In this document: positions 52,352 to 64,000 of the stretch, piece by piece
Layout: every line of letters starts with the position of its first letter
Numbering within the stretch: position 1 is the first letter of the stretch
Assembly: GCA_051294375.1 (NCBI GenBank)
Contig: CM119267.1
Location: 6,928,550-6,992,549 of the forward strand
Length of the DNA: 64,000 nucleotides
Direction: 5' to 3'
From: Paraspadella gotoi
Taxonomy: Eukaryota > Animalia > Chaetognatha
The notes under the pieces: model-generated
Database searches by the model: none
Seen by the model: the letters and a program-made list of their open reading frames with translations, nothing else
What the model was told of the DNA's origin: nothing
Translations under genes and position numbers: made by a program

Positions 52352-53539
52352 GCTCTCCTTCTTCTCTCAGAGTAATCTATTTAAAGAGATATCCTGTCCA
52401 AGAACGTCTTGAGAGACTGATTTAGAGCCATTCTCCAAATTGGAAGAGAGACTTAATCTGCTCTGCCATTTTTTTCCCTTTTTTTCTATTTTTCTGTAAT
52501 CGCGATGCATTTTTCATGATGACTAGTAGTTTCTTTCTTTATAATTTCTTTTATTATTTTTCTTTAATTACTACCGTAGGAAACTGGATCACATTAACTT
52601 TTTAAAAAATTGTTACAAATTTTTTTTTTTGTGACTAAATTTTCATCGAAATTCTTGACGTGGTCTAACAGAGACGATTATGAAGATATAAGAAAATTTT
52701 ACTCTTCTCTCTCTCTCTCTCTCTCTCACGCTCTCTTCTCTCTCTCTCATCTCTTTCTCATCTCTCTCTCTCTCTTTTTCTTTTACTACTCTCTCTCCAT
52801 CTCCTATGCCTCTCTCCCGGAGGTTTATTTCATTCGTGAAATATCACGAGTTATACCCCCTCCGGCCCTCCGCCTTCCCTCGTATTTTTCGTTCTTTTTC
52901 AAACGAAGTTTTAAAAAAAAGGTGTGCGATGCGACGCAGCGACTGGGCGGCAGCGGATGGCGGCGCGGCAGTGGCGTGCGGCGGGCGGGGCGCCACCAAT
53001 GGGAAACAATCCCGAGAATCGGCGCTCGTCATTTGTTTACAAGTCGTAACCCACGGCGACGAAGAGAGAGAGAGATGAGCAGAGAGAGAGTAGAGAGAGA
53101 GAAGAGAGGAAAAGAGGAAGGAACTGAGAAGAGGAGAGAGAGAGAGAGAGAAGAGAGAGTAGAGAGCGTGATGACGGCGATTAGGGGGGACGCTGTATGG
53201 TCGGGATGCTCTTGCATCTCCCGTTTTAGCGCCGTTTCTATGGCGAACCGCAATAAAACCAACTAACGAAGAGAGCCAAGGGAAAACGAGAGAGAGAGAG
53301 ATAGAGAGGAGAGGGAGAGAGAGAGAGAGAGAGAGAGAGAAGAGAGAGAGGAGAGAGAGGAGGAGAGGGACGGGGAGGGAGGAGATTCTTTCACTTTCCT
53401 CAAGATCGAAGAAACGTCGTCGGCGACGCTGCCTTGCTGCCGCTGCCGCTTGCCGCTGCCGCACGCCGGACGCCCATCGCCGCCCTCTTCCTCGGATTGG
53501 AGAGGCAGGGGTTTTTGCGAGTCTTGTTGCGTGATCATT

Positions 53540-56500
53540 GGTGTGTCTATTTGTTGCTTTCTCGCAATTAGGTTCTATTGTATTTAGATATGTTTGGTTT
53601 CGCTTGGCGTATAGTGTAAAGTTCCTTCTGAGAGGTAACGGGAAGAGGAAAGTAGTTAACCGGAGAGGCTTATACGCGTCTTTACACTACTCGATCTCGC
53701 TCTCTACTGTAGTCTACTCTGCTACTTCTTTGGGCACTTGGTGTCTACGCGCGGTCACTCACACCTCCTACAGTACCCATTGTAGTATCTAGAATATTAC
53801 TATACCATTACGAAACGCATATGCACGCACACTTAAAGCTGTCACGTCTACATTAAAGTATTATTCTAGATCACACATATACAGTGAGTAGAACATTGCA
53901 TGAGATAATATAATATGCACATCAATAGTTATAACAGAGAGCTTCTCTAGGAGTTGAGTTTATCATGACTGGAACACAATAGAAATATGCACCGGGCAGA
54001 TTCTTCTGGCACGCAGTACGAGGTCGCTACACCCGTTGCGAGAGTACTGGGGGCACCGATGAGCGTCGCGCTAGTCGGCGTGACAGGATTTAATCGAGTC
54101 TGTAGAAATGCAGAGCAACTGGAGGTGCGCAAAGGGTAAGAGCATCTTCATCGGGTATAAATTGATACGAAACAGCTCGAGCTCCTCTCAGGCTAAGCTC
54201 GACCATAGCAATCAAATAACCATGAAACAGCATAAAACCAACAACCATATAATATGAAAAACGCCCGACGATGAGCCACTACATATAATGGATCTGTACT
54301 GAAATAAGATACATGTTAATTGAAAGCAATTGAACATAACAATGAGCCTGTATTTTCTAACTAGCGAGGCAGTTCGGTATCAGTAAGTCAATAAGGAGTA
54401 TCGATTGTTTATCGAGTTATCTAAACGACTTTTCACTCAAAAGTAACGATAAGAGTTTCGATCGGAGGCAAACGGTTGAGAGATATATATGTCCGAACAG
54501 GATACTATTCACCCTCCTTCTATCACGTAAAATACTCTGGCCGCGTCTCCCCCGCTCAGCTTGTTCGTTCCTCTTTCCTTTGAATTGGTGGACCTGTTCA
54601 AGAGTAGTCCTCTTCGTCCGTCTTCTTTTTTCTACTCTGATAGCGTCGCGTACAGACATCTACAAACCATTCTCTTCGCCTCGTCAAAAACTCTCTACAA
54701 CAAGCGTCACACTCTCACTCAAACTATCGTCCGCTGTTGCCTCAAACTATCGCGCTTGTTCCACGCCGCAACGTGAATGGGCTTTCTCTGCGGGGCCGCT
54801 GAATGTGGAGGGCACAGATGGCAAGATTTGCGCGTCTTGGTATTCGGGAAGGGATATACGTCCGCACAATTAGAGAAAAAATCGGACCGTTCGCGATATA
54901 CACAAACAGGCGCGAATAAGAGAGTATCGCCGATGGTGTTCCAGCGGCGTTGCAGCATATAATCATGGAAGTGAGCACTCCGCAACTAGTGAAGTTGAGC
55001 GAACATCGAAGAACTCTTGGATGTCCATTACTCCCACTTCTTGCAAACTCGTGAATCGTATACACGATCTCTCTGCTCTCTCTTTTACTGCTCTTCATGC
55101 TCTATTTGTGCGCTCGCGAATATTATTAGCTACACTGCCAAAATACCTCGCAGTGAAGCACTTCGTGCGTATTACTCAGAGTTGGCAGGACTGCGCTCAG
55201 CGTTCAGACGGACACGAAAAATGTGAGTATAAATTAAGTAATATGCATCTAGTGAGCGCGAGCCCATCACTCTACGGTAGAGTGAGCATTTTGAGAATAT
55301 CGCGCTCGAGAATTCTGATAGATAGGTCGGCACATGACCCGCTCCCATCAGGAGAGACCGCCGTCGTCATCTCGCAGTCTGATAAAGGGCATCGGATCGC
55401 AGAAGGGCGCATCAGGGCAGGGGATAGGCTGCGGGCGACTGACTCGTGGAGGGCTCGCGAGCATTATTGCGAGCTCAAGCCTTTAACATATTAAAGACTC
55501 TAATCGATATGTGTAGATATAAGATCCGACATGGAAATAACTACTCCGAGCGGAAAGGCTGTGCGAACCGGAACGATAGCTGGTGATATGGACCACTACC
55601 GTAGGATAGTTTTTTCGAAGAGGTGGTAGAGTGAAAGAGATGCAAAACGCTCAGAACTAGAGATCTGCGCGAGCGATGATGAGAAGTTTGCGACATCGCG
55701 TTCACATGGATAGAAGCAAAAAAGTCCAAAAGAATCAAAGGTGGAACACAGAAAAACTTGAGTTCGGCACAACCGCAATGGAAGGCGACGCCACGATCGA
55801 AGCCGCCATCGAGAAGAAAAGTAGAACAAAAGCGCAAGGAATGTGTCGCGAATTGATTGGCGTTGAGATTTGAATAGAAGAGGGCCTATGCGCGCTGTAG
55901 AGCGAATGGAGTAGTACGCATGTAGGAATTTGTCATGGTTATGAGAAATTGAACACATTGGCACACGGCAAATGTTTTTAAGTGAGTCTTCTGAGTAGTA
56001 TGAGAAGCTATGTAGCCAGGGCATGCTGAATGAGGCTGCTACACTAAGGTACAGTTTCTAGCCTACGAGACATAGGGGGCGGTGGTATATCTGTACATGA
56101 GGAAAAGAGGTGAGAAGATAGAGATAAAAAGAGTGGAAGATTGGGGCAGAGGAGCAGGAGGAAGGGTAGTTGGTGTGGTGGTGGGCTGGGGCGCTCTGGA
56201 AAGTATTCATTGTGTAAATCGATACGTTGTAGTTGCTGAAAGCGTTCAACATTAATAAAATTATTTCTTTAGTCTGCAGCAATATTTGCTCTTTCTCCTG
56301 ATGCGCCCATGGTCGGATTGGTCTATAGGACCGTGTATACACAAACCTATATAAGACGTTACTAGCACAAGCAGACATAGTAATTGTTATGTTTTGGATT
56401 ATGAAATAAGTGCGTGTAGATTAAAGTTTGGCCAAGTTTGCAAATTCCGATGCGTTACATAAGCATTGAGCCGCTCGTCCTGATGACGAGTGCATCCTCA

Positions 56501-59500
56501 GCGCTGCATAGCAAATTTCGAGGAGGCTGGTTCAACGTAAAGAGAATGTTCTGATGTACTCGCAATCAGGGAAATATCCGGCACGAAGATGTATTATAGT
56601 ACTGGATAAAATAATATTTATCGAGAAGTTGTTAACAGATTTTTTGAAAAAGTAGATGGCAATCCGTAAGTTTGTATTGCATCACGCGAAAGTGTATGGA
56701 GGTATTTGAGGGAAGGGGATGCCCAAGAATCGCCGAAGTAATAGGACAATCAGAGAAACACAAAATCCAAACAAAGGTGTGAGAAAGGGCCTACGTAGAG
56801 ATGGTTAAAATAAGACAAAAAAAACCTATTCACATGAACAATGCACGGCAGATCGTAGGATGCTAACTATGATGATAAACTGTTTATGCGGCAATCCGAC
56901 AACCACGGGAAATCACATAGGAACATGAGAGAGAATATATTAAGCGATTGGAATGGATCAGCACAGCACTGTCCTTACAGGTGGAAACTTCCAACCTGCA
57001 ACTATAGTTTGCAGAGAATGGCTTCTAAAATCAGGTCTCTCACGATCAATATTGGTAGTCAGCGCATAGTAGGCTCGTATCATAAATTATGAATAAAACT
57101 ACATCAGAAGAGGAGGATGATATCAGAATCGATGACACGTCAGTTAGGATACAGAGCAAGTATACGACATAAGATTATTGATGTTAATTGTTGAGAAGCG
57201 ACGACGCACCAATGGAGATCGGAGTACTGAGCTAGAGAGCGTAGTAGAGAGCGAAGACGTAGCACGGTGTATCTCGTATGAGATCAGAAGGCGTTCATCG
57301 AGTGAATGCACTGCTGGGACGTGCGATATACAGTATGAAGCAGTGGAGGCAGAATTTTACGGTAACTAGTCGGCATTTCTGAAGTTGATACATCACACGT
57401 CAAACTGCTTAATAAGTAATAGCTAGCATATATACCATCAATCTTAAAGATGCAATCCTGTTAACAATATTATTTTCACGTATATTTTCTTTTTCGAGTT
57501 TCTGGCTCCTCTCCTCAAGAGATCAGTACCTTGCAATGAATGAAACAATTCTAAGTCCACGAGAATGAGAATGGTTTATACCACGAGCAAATGAGGGTAA
57601 AGAGAAGAGGTGTGGATGGGAGTTGCAGCAGGAGCTTTGCACGTCGGAGGCATATAGGAGAGAGACAAGGATCTTAAACAATATAGATAGCGATACAGCA
57701 TAGAGAGTTAATAATAGACATACAACGATTCCAGATGAAGAGTTTCATAATATAGAGAATAACTAATATGTCTGCTACGATATGACATTGTCTAAGGAAG
57801 CTCTATGCATAGGCAAGTATTATAATATAGTAAATATAAGAGTTAAAGCTTAATAAAAATTAAAACTGTGTCCATGTATATATATAAATATAAGAGTAAA
57901 AAATTCAAATATCCCTCATTTTCGAGCAGAGGTATGTACATTTAGTAAGCACATATACAATATTGATATATATAATAGGAATACGAAACGAGATATAGAA
58001 TATGTAACCAATTATATAGAGCATGTATCAAGTCGATAAAGTTATTTCTCACTGTAAGGAACTTAGACCTTAACCAGGCATATATACATAATAATAATCA
58101 GAAGAACAAATAAAATTCGCTTTTTCTACGTCTAATATAATATCATACAGTAAGCTGGGTCTCTACCTGTCGCACTGATTAAGCAATCCACGTGATAATC
58201 ATAAGAATTGTACCCGACAATCCGTTTTTCTAGAAGAGGATTTTATATTGGTTCTCGAATCTGGACGCTACAAAATATTCAATTTGGTACACTTTAGTGG
58301 TAGCGTGGATCAGCCGAAAAAACCGCGTGAATCTATGACAGATTAACGTCGCCAGTAATCTGAATTTTGAGCTGATCGCGCTACTCACCAACTGGGAGAT
58401 AATAGACATATGATGACTTGATATTCAGGTTTAGGAAACCTATGGAAAGGTTTTTCATTGACTCTAGACCCCGCGGTTATCAGGGTCTTTGAGCAATCAC
58501 ACTCATCACTCTTTGACTCTCTCATCGACTGACACGCTGCCAACCTTTGCTGGCAACTGCTTCCGTTCTCTCTCTTCTAAACCTGCATCGTCAAATTCAT
58601 CAAGTGACGCGAAACTGCTCACTATCTCCAATTGCAGTATAATACGCCAATGACTTGCATCTTGTGAATTTCAGTGTAAGCCACTAGGAACATATACGCA
58701 GGTCCTTGGTACTTAGTGTACTATGGTGTCACTCTGCAGATTCACTAATTTCGTTGAGAAGATGGCATCTGTCCTGAACCTCGTCAATTAGAGGTGAGCT
58801 TCAGATTGATACTGCAAAAGCAGGACGTAATTAATATGACAGCTCTCGGAAGCCCAACAGTCCTAACGTTCAACTGAAGCTCTTCGAGAATTGGCAAGGC
58901 AACAGGCCAGGTCATTCTCTCACAAGGATAACGGAAGCTTAGAACGTTATCCTTTACTGGCCGAATGCACCTAATTATGGGAATTTCAGCAATCAAGGAG
59001 TGTCACGAAGGTCCATAGGAATTCATCGGACTGATTCTCGAGTCTGTCACTGGGTTTAAAAAAGGACATATCATTCATACTACAAGGACGGAGACAACTC
59101 ACCCAGTAAGATTGATTTACATATAAGGCTACCAAAGTGATATGTGCGAGAGATTTATTTATTTCACGAATACTTGATACGATGCTTAACCACCTGAGTT
59201 CCATTAAGTGCTGTAACCATGACGATGAGATGTGTGCCGCTGAATATTTGTTTATTCATAATGAAGGAGATTAAATCGCTAAAAAATTTAGCTTTACAAC
59301 CGAGCCATAAACAACTCAGCTAAAAAGCATTCGTAGTTGTATTTTTAAGTCCCACTGCTCGTACTGAAACTCGGTGCCGCCTCACCGACTTGTAGGTTTT
59401 AAAGTTGTTGAAATCCGGGACATGCTCCTATCTGCTGATCTCCGCATTGCACGCCTTCGCGCAACAGCGTCGCATCTCTACTAGTTTGGGGGTCATGTTT

Positions 59501-62500
59501 GTCACGATCTCTCCGCCCGAGCTCGAGTAAAGCTGCGTCGTACGTACGCTCTCTTCGCAAGCGTTTGTATTCGGCGATTTCATCGCTCTGTCGCGCTTGC
59601 AGATAGTAGTTCGACGGAGGACCCTCTAAGCTCGGACCCAATCGTCACTAAGATCATGCTTGCTCACTGCATGCAATCCGTACTGAGATGATTTGACGGC
59701 GTATACGCGACTCCTCTCTCCTTGCCAACTCGAGATCTCGGATAATTACGTCTATCCGCTCCTGAAACTTGTCGATCTAATTACTGAAGAACGGTAAGTT
59801 AGATCTAAACGTTGAATCATCAATGCACACACGCTATAGGTCATTACAGTTCGAGTGAGTACATCCAAAAGCGAGGTAATGCACACTGAATCGATGAGAG
59901 TCATAGATTTAGAACACACCTTGCAAACCAGTTCACGGCACCTTGACTTCTTACTGGCTTGCTGCTATTAGAGTCGCGTATACACGAGACATCACTGCCA
60001 TTCAATCAGTGCAGCGCGCTAGTGAAAAGCTTAGACAGAATAATTAATAAGGAGGGGGAGAGAGGAGGATATACAACAATATATAGACATCGTCATCCAT
60101 GTTAACTTCAATACATAAATGTGGGTAACATTGGAGCACTATCTGTTTCTGACATTTGCCCTCAAGTAGCGTCAGACTAATAATACGAGTCACTACGGCA
60201 CGCCACGAAATATTTAATAGAGACCGTTGCAGCTATTGAGGAGCTAAATCGTCCAGGACGCATGCGGACTGAAATACAGTTCTTGCTATACATGATAATA
60301 CTTAAGAGCCGCTCTGGGTTAACGATTTTCTTATTTATAGCATTTAAGTGAGTACAATTTTATATGTTTCATGTGGTCCTATATATGCTACAATCAATAA
60401 GGATATATTATGAACGGGAGAGATATGTTCACATCAAGTATGAGCCATGGAACGCATGCTTCAAAAAGCTCTGGAGATCCGGTTTTCAGGATGATCTTTT
60501 TTCGTTTGCACCTAAACAGTTAGATATGTGGTTCCTCTAAGGATACAAACAAACAAAGCCAATGCTATAATCTGTATGTAAGCTTGCAGGAAATATATAC
60601 TATCCGCCTTAGTCACTTTGAATTGCATTATGTCACTTAATTTGAATCTGGCTATATAGCACGCATCCACTTTGATGCGGCAACCCGTATCATAATAAAC
60701 AGAGATCGTATATTTTACATACTGAAGAGAGTATACGATTAGTACATAGAGAATAGAGAGAGAGAGAGATAATAATATGGCATTACTCAAACACTCCAGA
60801 TTGATATCCACTCTTCAATATTCGATCTTTATTGAAATGGACACGGTCTTCCTTTTACTCTACCTTTTAAATTTAGTTGGTAAGCAGCACGGGGGACCAC
60901 TTTTTTTGGGTACGACGATGCATCATCGGACTATATAGCAGATTAAATCTCTGTATAGGCTTGTTCCAAAGAAGAGCTAGCAGCAGTGAAGAGATTGGTA
61001 AGAGAGGGGGGATTTATTTATGAGCTCAGTTGTAAGGGGACTGAGGAGGTAGACATCTCGCTCTACCCGCTTAAACTAGAGCATGGAGAGATAGGCAGGT
61101 TCTGAGAAAAAATGATAAGACGTTGCGCACAGCGGAAGCGCAGTTCCATACTATAACTGTTAAAAGAGCTTGGAACTAACAAGCATAGAAAAACGAGTTA
61201 ATGTCCGTGAAAGGCAAACTATTCTTGAGACATAAAGTTTTCTAATATCGATTCGCATATATCGGCAGGTTAGGCAAACTCGGGTCCGGGGTATATACAG
61301 TAGAACTAAAGGTGATCGATGTTCTGTGCTGCTAGGACACATGACTAATTCTCGAATATACAGAACATCCAGACGAATAGCGAGTAAACCGCAATAGGGT
61401 TATCATACGGGCTAAGTCATGATTAACATCCTCGTCGTATTGTCCATAAGTCAGGGGGCATTCACTAGAATATCACGTCTAGAGTTGATCTAGCACTCTC
61501 CACTAACTGTAACCCACAAGATAGTAAAGGGCCCATATGGTCTGCTGACGCAGAATAGAAACCGCGAAGACCGTTAGTTGAAGAAGGTAAGGAGGAACTG
61601 AGCCAGTAGGACGTTATATAGGGAGGGATATGTGAGGCGAGAATGAACGCCAAAAAATGCAACGCAATGAGAGAAGGAGAAGGAGGCGAGAAGGGGGGAT
61701 GAAGAAAGAAGGGTAAGAAAGGCAAAGAGAGAGAGAGGCAGGGAGTAGAAAAAAAGACAGAGTGGTAAGGGGTAAGAAAAGAGGGAATTGAAAAAAGAGG
61801 AGAAAAAGGGAAAGAAGTGAGGAAAGAGAAAAAAGGTGATGGAGCGGCGGAGTGAGAGGAGAAGGGTAGAGGCCAGAAAAAGGTAAGTGAAACGCGCGGA
61901 GCTTCGAGCCAAGGTAGACGGAGTCGTGCGCAGAGAAGTAGGATAGACGACGAGAAACAAAGGCACATTCCTGGACCTCAGAAAGACGTACAAAAGTAAC
62001 AAAGCATGATATGATGACGAGAGCAGTAGAACTAAGCAGGTGCTATGCGAAATTGGACGAATTACAGTGAAGAACATCGAGTAGGCCAAGCGTCGACAGG
62101 ATTTACCCAGGCACAGTAGCGATCAGTACCGATAACGGAAACTGTACGCGACAAAAGTAAATAGATCTCGTATCGATGAGTATGATAGATCAACAGGGAC
62201 CAGAGTTGATGCAAAGCGCTCAACGCGCACGTTCTCAAGAATATATCAGCACACAACATCTCCTAGATTGGACGATAGAGCAGAGATTCTGAGCCAGTTA
62301 TTTATCTGTAAAAATTGATGTGAAATAAGAACCGTGTGAGTCTTACAGGCCTTGAGCATGGATTTTATTAACTCACCTAAAAGAGAAAGAATGGGCGATT
62401 ACTCTAATTAGAACAGAAGATGATGGAGAATTTATGGTGGGATACTCTCATCTCGGTAAGTCGCCGATAAGAGAACGTCTCGCTAAGACAGATCTTAGGC

Positions 62501-64000
62501 GTTGTATGAAAGCATTTCCTATCTCGTTCTCTACCAAAAATCAAATGTATAGGAGTCTGAGGGGGGGACTCATGTCTAGCCGGGATTGACGTGACACTAA
62601 AATAAGAATGAACTTGGGAGCGATAAGTCATCCTAGATATAGATAGAGCGGTCGCTTTTCACCCGTCGGTCGCTCATCAGCCTGCTTGAGTAGTTAATCT
62701 ATTCGTAGGATATATGGACGGTCTCTTATGAGAAAAATAATTCAGAAATCTGAAGCGAATGGGGTAACGCAAAAGGTATGTAAGCTACATCGGTTGAATT
62801 GAATGAAAGAAACAGAATGAGATACTTCAGGAAAGACTCTGAGCCTAAGCACTGAGTTCAATATATACATGAATATACTGTACAATATAAACCAACAACC
62901 ATATATATGAAAAACGCCACGACGGATGGCCAAACGCTATACAGTATCTACGCACTCATGATGAAATAGAATCAGATTAAACAAAAGTCATTGAAAAATA
63001 ACAATGACTGTATGTTTGATGCCGGAGATGATAAATATATCGATTGTTTATATGTTCTTAAAGATCTTTTTACTAAAAGGTAAATCTGAATGTGTCCCGA
63101 AAGGAGCCCACACAACGACGAGAGTTATATTAAGTCCGCTCCACAACAGATACTTTCGACCCTTTAGTATAAATCGAAGCGTAACGCCCTCGCTCAAGTG
63201 TCGTAGGGTATAATTTTAACTGAGATATTTGCGGAGGACGCCTTTCGAGAGAGAGTCTTCGGCGTCTATTTTTTCAACTCTCTACATAGCGAGTGGTTAA
63301 CCCGAAGTCAGAGAACGCTCTGTCGCAAGAAACGTTCCTACAGCAAAGTCGATGACCACAAAATGAGATTTCGCGCGCGCTGTCTGAAAATAACAAAAGG
63401 ATTGCGCGCTTTGCCAGCCGACAGTGAACGACTTCCCCGCTGCACACGTGGAGCGGCACGATGGCAGAATTTTCGCACCGCGTTGGTAACACAATTCACA
63501 GCTCAACTCGCACACGAGCCCATAGCGTGCGTAACACGGAACGCCGACGCCAGGACCGCGAGAGATATGCAATGTTGTCACGTGGCAGCGTTGAGACAAC
63601 ATTGCTGTAAGTGGAGAGAATCATAGTGAAGTTAGACAATCGGACGCGGAAAAGAACTACATATATGGTATCCAATTTTGAGTGGAAACGTATATAACGA
63701 GAGTTTTAATATGCATTCGAGATTTTTAGTGAGTAAATGCATGGGGTACATGATGCAATGCGGACGACGTGAACGAGAGGAAGAGCAATAGAATGCGCAG
63801 AGAATAGAGCCGCGCTGTTCGAGACAAAACGTACAGAGAGACGCTTTCTTCTCTTCACACGGAAATGTTGAGAAAATTAGTTTCTTATGGCGTCCAAAAA
63901 TATTCTTTACGAGGGGACATGAGAAAGCGCTGGAATCGAAAATGTCACTGTCTACCTTGAGTACATACGGTCGCCGGGTCACTTCGCAGTCTGGGAAACA
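53540..64000. other. Low-quality, apparently unpolished long-read sequence
   Basis: Abrupt loss of exon/intron texture, homopolymers and microsatellites. No credible ORF. Garbled internal direct repeat (~54230 vs ~62890). Confidence 0.7.

Noticed and set aside
53540-64000. ORFs in the terminal 10 kb
   Set aside because: No domain motifs, codon bias or splice structure. The sequence looks like raw-read noise.

Overview
Eukaryotic, animal-like draft-genome window: GC-rich exons, AT-rich GT-AG introns, abundant (AG)n microsatellites and several N gaps. I reconstructed these spliced genes by hand: a 5'-incomplete olfactomedin-domain gene (+, 316-5194); a 10-exon class A GPCR with a very long low-complexity C-tail (-, 7976-23041); FAM43 (+, ~37227-40135); two tandem EamA/DMT (SLC35G-like) transporters (+, 42485-43902 and 46121-48019); and a small secreted Cys-containing precursor (+, 48371-49301). 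The main finding is that three different repeat families each carry a circularly permuted (type-P5) twister-ribozyme fold with compensatory base changes. These are a ~323-bp tandem and dispersed repeat (one array sits sense in a GPCR intron), a ~423-bp unit with a tRNA-Arg-like head directly before the twister, and a decayed tRNA-like head plus twister at 25-159. Together they suggest a twister-based retrozyme/SINE system. The folds were assigned by eye and not tested. Non-autonomous DNA transposons are also present: a hAT-like element with an 8-bp TSD and MITEs filled with TTAGGG-like repeats. Two large noisy inverted duplications next to gaps and the unreadable 53.5-64 kb tail are probably long-read assembly artefacts.
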